The position numbers were made by a program, and so were the translations under genes. From positions 118,896-182,895 of the forward strand of contig VRVR01000024.1 of assembly GCA_009859145.1 (NCBI GenBank): a DNA stretch of 64,000 bases, read 5' to 3'. The notes beneath the pieces were generated by a model. The model did not search any database. It was not told where the DNA came from and saw only the letters and a list, made by a program, of their open reading frames with translations. Positions within the stretch are counted from its first letter, which is position 1. The number at the start of each line of letters is the position of its first letter. Source of the stretch: Andalucia godoyi And28. Taxonomy: Eukaryota; Protista; Jakobida. Below are positions 61,903 to 64,000 of this stretch, piece by piece.

Positions 61903-62787
61903 TCATTCATCGACCGAGGAGCTACCGCCGCCGATGGAGTCCGCGAATCCGGCCAGCATGTCTGGAGAATACTCGGATCCGCGAATGCGAATCGTATAGC
62001 AGAGTGATTCGAGTTTTCGCAAGCTTTGCTCCATCACCTCCAGTTTCTTTCCAAGATCTCTTAATCCCAGCCCAGACCCTGATGCCGACGGCTTGGAAGC
62101 CAGCTGGATCGCTTGGAACTCGCGCAGCATGCATCCGACAAACTCAGTCACATGGAACACAAGCTCCTGGTTGCGGACGTTCGAAGTGGCGTACTTCATG
62201 AGCTCACCCGTTAAGTCGCAGAGCCCCGAAACATAGTCCGTCCACGAAACCATCAGAAGAGCTTTGCACAACCCAACATGCGGCTCCCTGTCCCTCGACC
62301 CTCCGAGTGCAGCAGCATCAGCAGCAGCAGCAAGTACGTCATCGAGAAACTGCTTTGGAACCAGAGTCTGTCCATGTGCGATGTAATAATAGAAAGACAC
62401 GGCCTCGACCCACTCTTGGATCCCAGAGGACAAGCTCCCGACGTATCGGTAGGCTTCCGCCTCCGAGAAGTCTACACACTCAGACACGAGCTCAAAAACA
62501 ATCCTCGCAATGTTCTTTGCAACCACTTGAATCTTCTCAAGACACAACTGCAGTGGCTCTTCTCGGTGAATCGAAAACACAATCTTCTTGGACTGCGCCG
62601 TCACATCTCGGCTTTGCTTGAAAACTCGCTCTTTGCGCTCGTAATGCAGCTCAAGCTGTGATGCACATTTGGAAAACGTATCTCTTAGCGGAAAATCACC
62701 ACCACCATCACCGTCGCCCCCTCCGCCAACACTGCTGGACTTTGTCGCGCGAGGTACTTTACTCGACGGCCCCACAACGTCTTCCAT
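61903..62787 (-). CDS. TSNAX: Translin-associated factor X (C3PO nuclease subunit)
   Basis: RKERVFKQSRDVTAQSKKIVFSIHR, GIQEWVEA and GLCDLTGELM (catalytic acidic residues kept), C-terminal IRIRGSE. Confidence 0.88.
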   Translation of the reverse strand: MEDVVGPSSKVPRATKSSSVGGGGDGDGGGDFPLRDTFSKCASQLELHYERKERVFKQSRDVTAQSKKIVFSIHREEPLQLCLEKIQVVAKNIARIVFELVSECVDFSEAEAYRYVGSLSSGIQEWVEAVSFYYYIAHGQTLVPKQFLDDVLAAAADAAALGGSRDREPHVGLCKALLMVSWTDYVSGLCDLTGELMKYATSNVRNQELVFHVTEFVGCMLREFQAIQLASKPSASGSGLGLRDLGKKLEVMEQSLRKLESLCYTIRIRGSEYSPDMLAGFADSIGGGSSSVDE

Positions 62788-63159
62788 AAGATCCTTTTTT
62801 TAAAATGTTATACACACACATATATTTTTGTTATTAAAATTACGCTGTCTCAAAAAATAATATAAATAAATTAAAATAATCCACCAAAGAGCTTTTCAGC
62901 AGTCTGGAGTTGTGGCAGCCGTGTCTTGGAGAGAGAGACTGGTCTAATTTGCATCTTTTGCGGGTTTTGCCAAAAGCATTCCGATAAAAGCTTCCTGCTT
63001 TGAATTTCTGTTTTTCTTTCTGTGTCTTTCTCTCTCTCCCTCTCACTTTCCGTCTTCTTTTTTGTTGCTGATTCCGGGTAGTCAATGCAGAGATTGTGCC
63101 GATTTCTTCAACAAACATTTTCTAGAAGGCCAGGAAACCTTTCATACAGCTCGTCGCCC

Positions 63160-64000
63160 ATGGATTTCACAAGAGAGAATTTCTCGGAAAGCATTCCGCT
63201 TGTCAAGATGCTGCTTGCAAAAGCAGAATATGTTGCGTTTGATTTGGAGATGACTGGCATTTCGCTGAATACACGCGACAATGCAGAAAATGGTGCAGAT
63301 TATCCAGAGCAGAGATACAGAAAAATGAGGCAAGTTGCAACCACATACTCTGTCATTCAGTTTGGAATATGCTTTTTCGTGAGGAATCCTTCTGCCGACG
63401 GCGGGTCTTCATTAGCATACACAGCGACCCCGCTCAACTTTTGGGCATATCCAGAGCAGATCAGCGAGATCAAGTACTTTCCTCGAAGAGTAATCGACGT
63501 TGGAACGAGCGTCTTTCTGAAAGACAACCACATGGATTTCCAAAAGTGGATCACGCAGGGGATTCCGTTCCTTTCACGCCCTTATCGATTGGATTTTGAG
63601 AAATATCTGTTTAATTCTCTTGGAAATTTTGCAGATTCGCAGACCGCCATCAATACGTACGATTCGTTTTCGTCTTTGAATGGATTCTGGAACAGTGAAC
63701 AGGGTAAGGATAAGGCCGAAAAAGAGAGTTTGGTGTTATCCAAGCCGGAAGACATCGAAATCTTTGATGCCAGTGTCAAGGCGATTACGGAATGGGACCG
63801 GTCCTCACAGCTTGTCCTTCCAGCAGCTTCTGCATACGTGCGAAAAGCAGTGTATGATTGGATTGAAAAAAACTGCTCCAGGTCGCAGATCAAGACCGAG
63901 AGTGTCGCTTTGGACGAGAAGATTCCGTGGCAAAAATCCATCACAATCACCGCAATAGACGAGTCGGTGCTCCGCGAAGAGCGGCTATCAATGGCTCGAA
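63160..64000 (+). CDS. PARN: PARN/PNLDC1-like CAF1-family deadenylase, 3'-truncated by the window edge
   Basis: Not in the ORF track; translated by hand. MDFTRENFSE...EYVAFDLEMTGI (DEDD ExoI), RYRKMRQ, VIQFGIC, FLKDNHMDFQKWITQGIPF. Confidence 0.88.
   Translation, partial: MDFTRENFSESIPLVKMLLAKAEYVAFDLEMTGISLNTRDNAENGADYPEQRYRKMRQVATTYSVIQFGICFFVRNPSADGGSSLAYTATPLNFWAYPEQISEIKYFPRRVIDVGTSVFLKDNHMDFQKWITQGIPFLSRPYRLDFEKYLFNSLGNFADSQTAINTYDSFSSLNGFWNSEQGKDKAEKESLVLSKPEDIEIFDASVKAITEWDRSSQLVLPAASAYVRKAVYDWIEKNCSRSQIKTESVALDEKIPWQKSITITAIDESVLREERLSMAR

Noticed and set aside
1-64000. CRISPR array, rRNA or tRNA genes, or an intact transposase/Fanzor ORF
   Set aside because: No regularly spaced repeat-spacer array, recognisable structural RNA gene or full-length mobile-element ORF was found by inspection.

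Overview
Gene-dense, almost intron-free eukaryotic DNA in the standard genetic code, from a flagellated protist. The species cannot be determined from the sequence alone. About 30 protein-coding genes are present: ATR (5'-truncated), DNAAF1, MSH5, an ABHD hydrolase, an LRMDA-like LRR protein, GCN5, a NifS/Sec-lyase-SelD fusion, a TBC RabGAP, a LanC-like protein, a MEST-like hydrolase, SRP72, cystatin, CFAP96, ARPC3, a BTB-BACK protein, Tctex1, a CBS protein, an MGAT4-like glycosyltransferase, PLAC8, SIN3, RPS3A, a HECT E3, dymeclin, CFAP410, TTC4, a spliced secreted lectin-domain protein, TRAX and PARN (3'-truncated). The main result is not visible in the ORF track. It is a dispersed family of short intergenic elements, with four clear copies (~8286-8912 minus, ~18300-18929 plus, ~36857-37315 plus, ~56020-56264 plus) and fainter relics. 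These carry broken remnants of a TnpB/Fanzor ORF: an N-terminal RAVRLKMHPSQEQR motif, a CPSC zinc finger and the IDRDW/NGAQNIYLK RuvC-III motif. They preferentially keep a structured right end, a candidate omega-RNA scaffold followed by a different flank (candidate guide) in each copy. Other highlights are the bacterial-type Sec-lyase/NifS-selenophosphate synthetase fusion and a LanC-like protein that has lost all three zinc ligands. Several start codons were moved downstream of the ORF-track starts, where those run through low-complexity UTR sequence.
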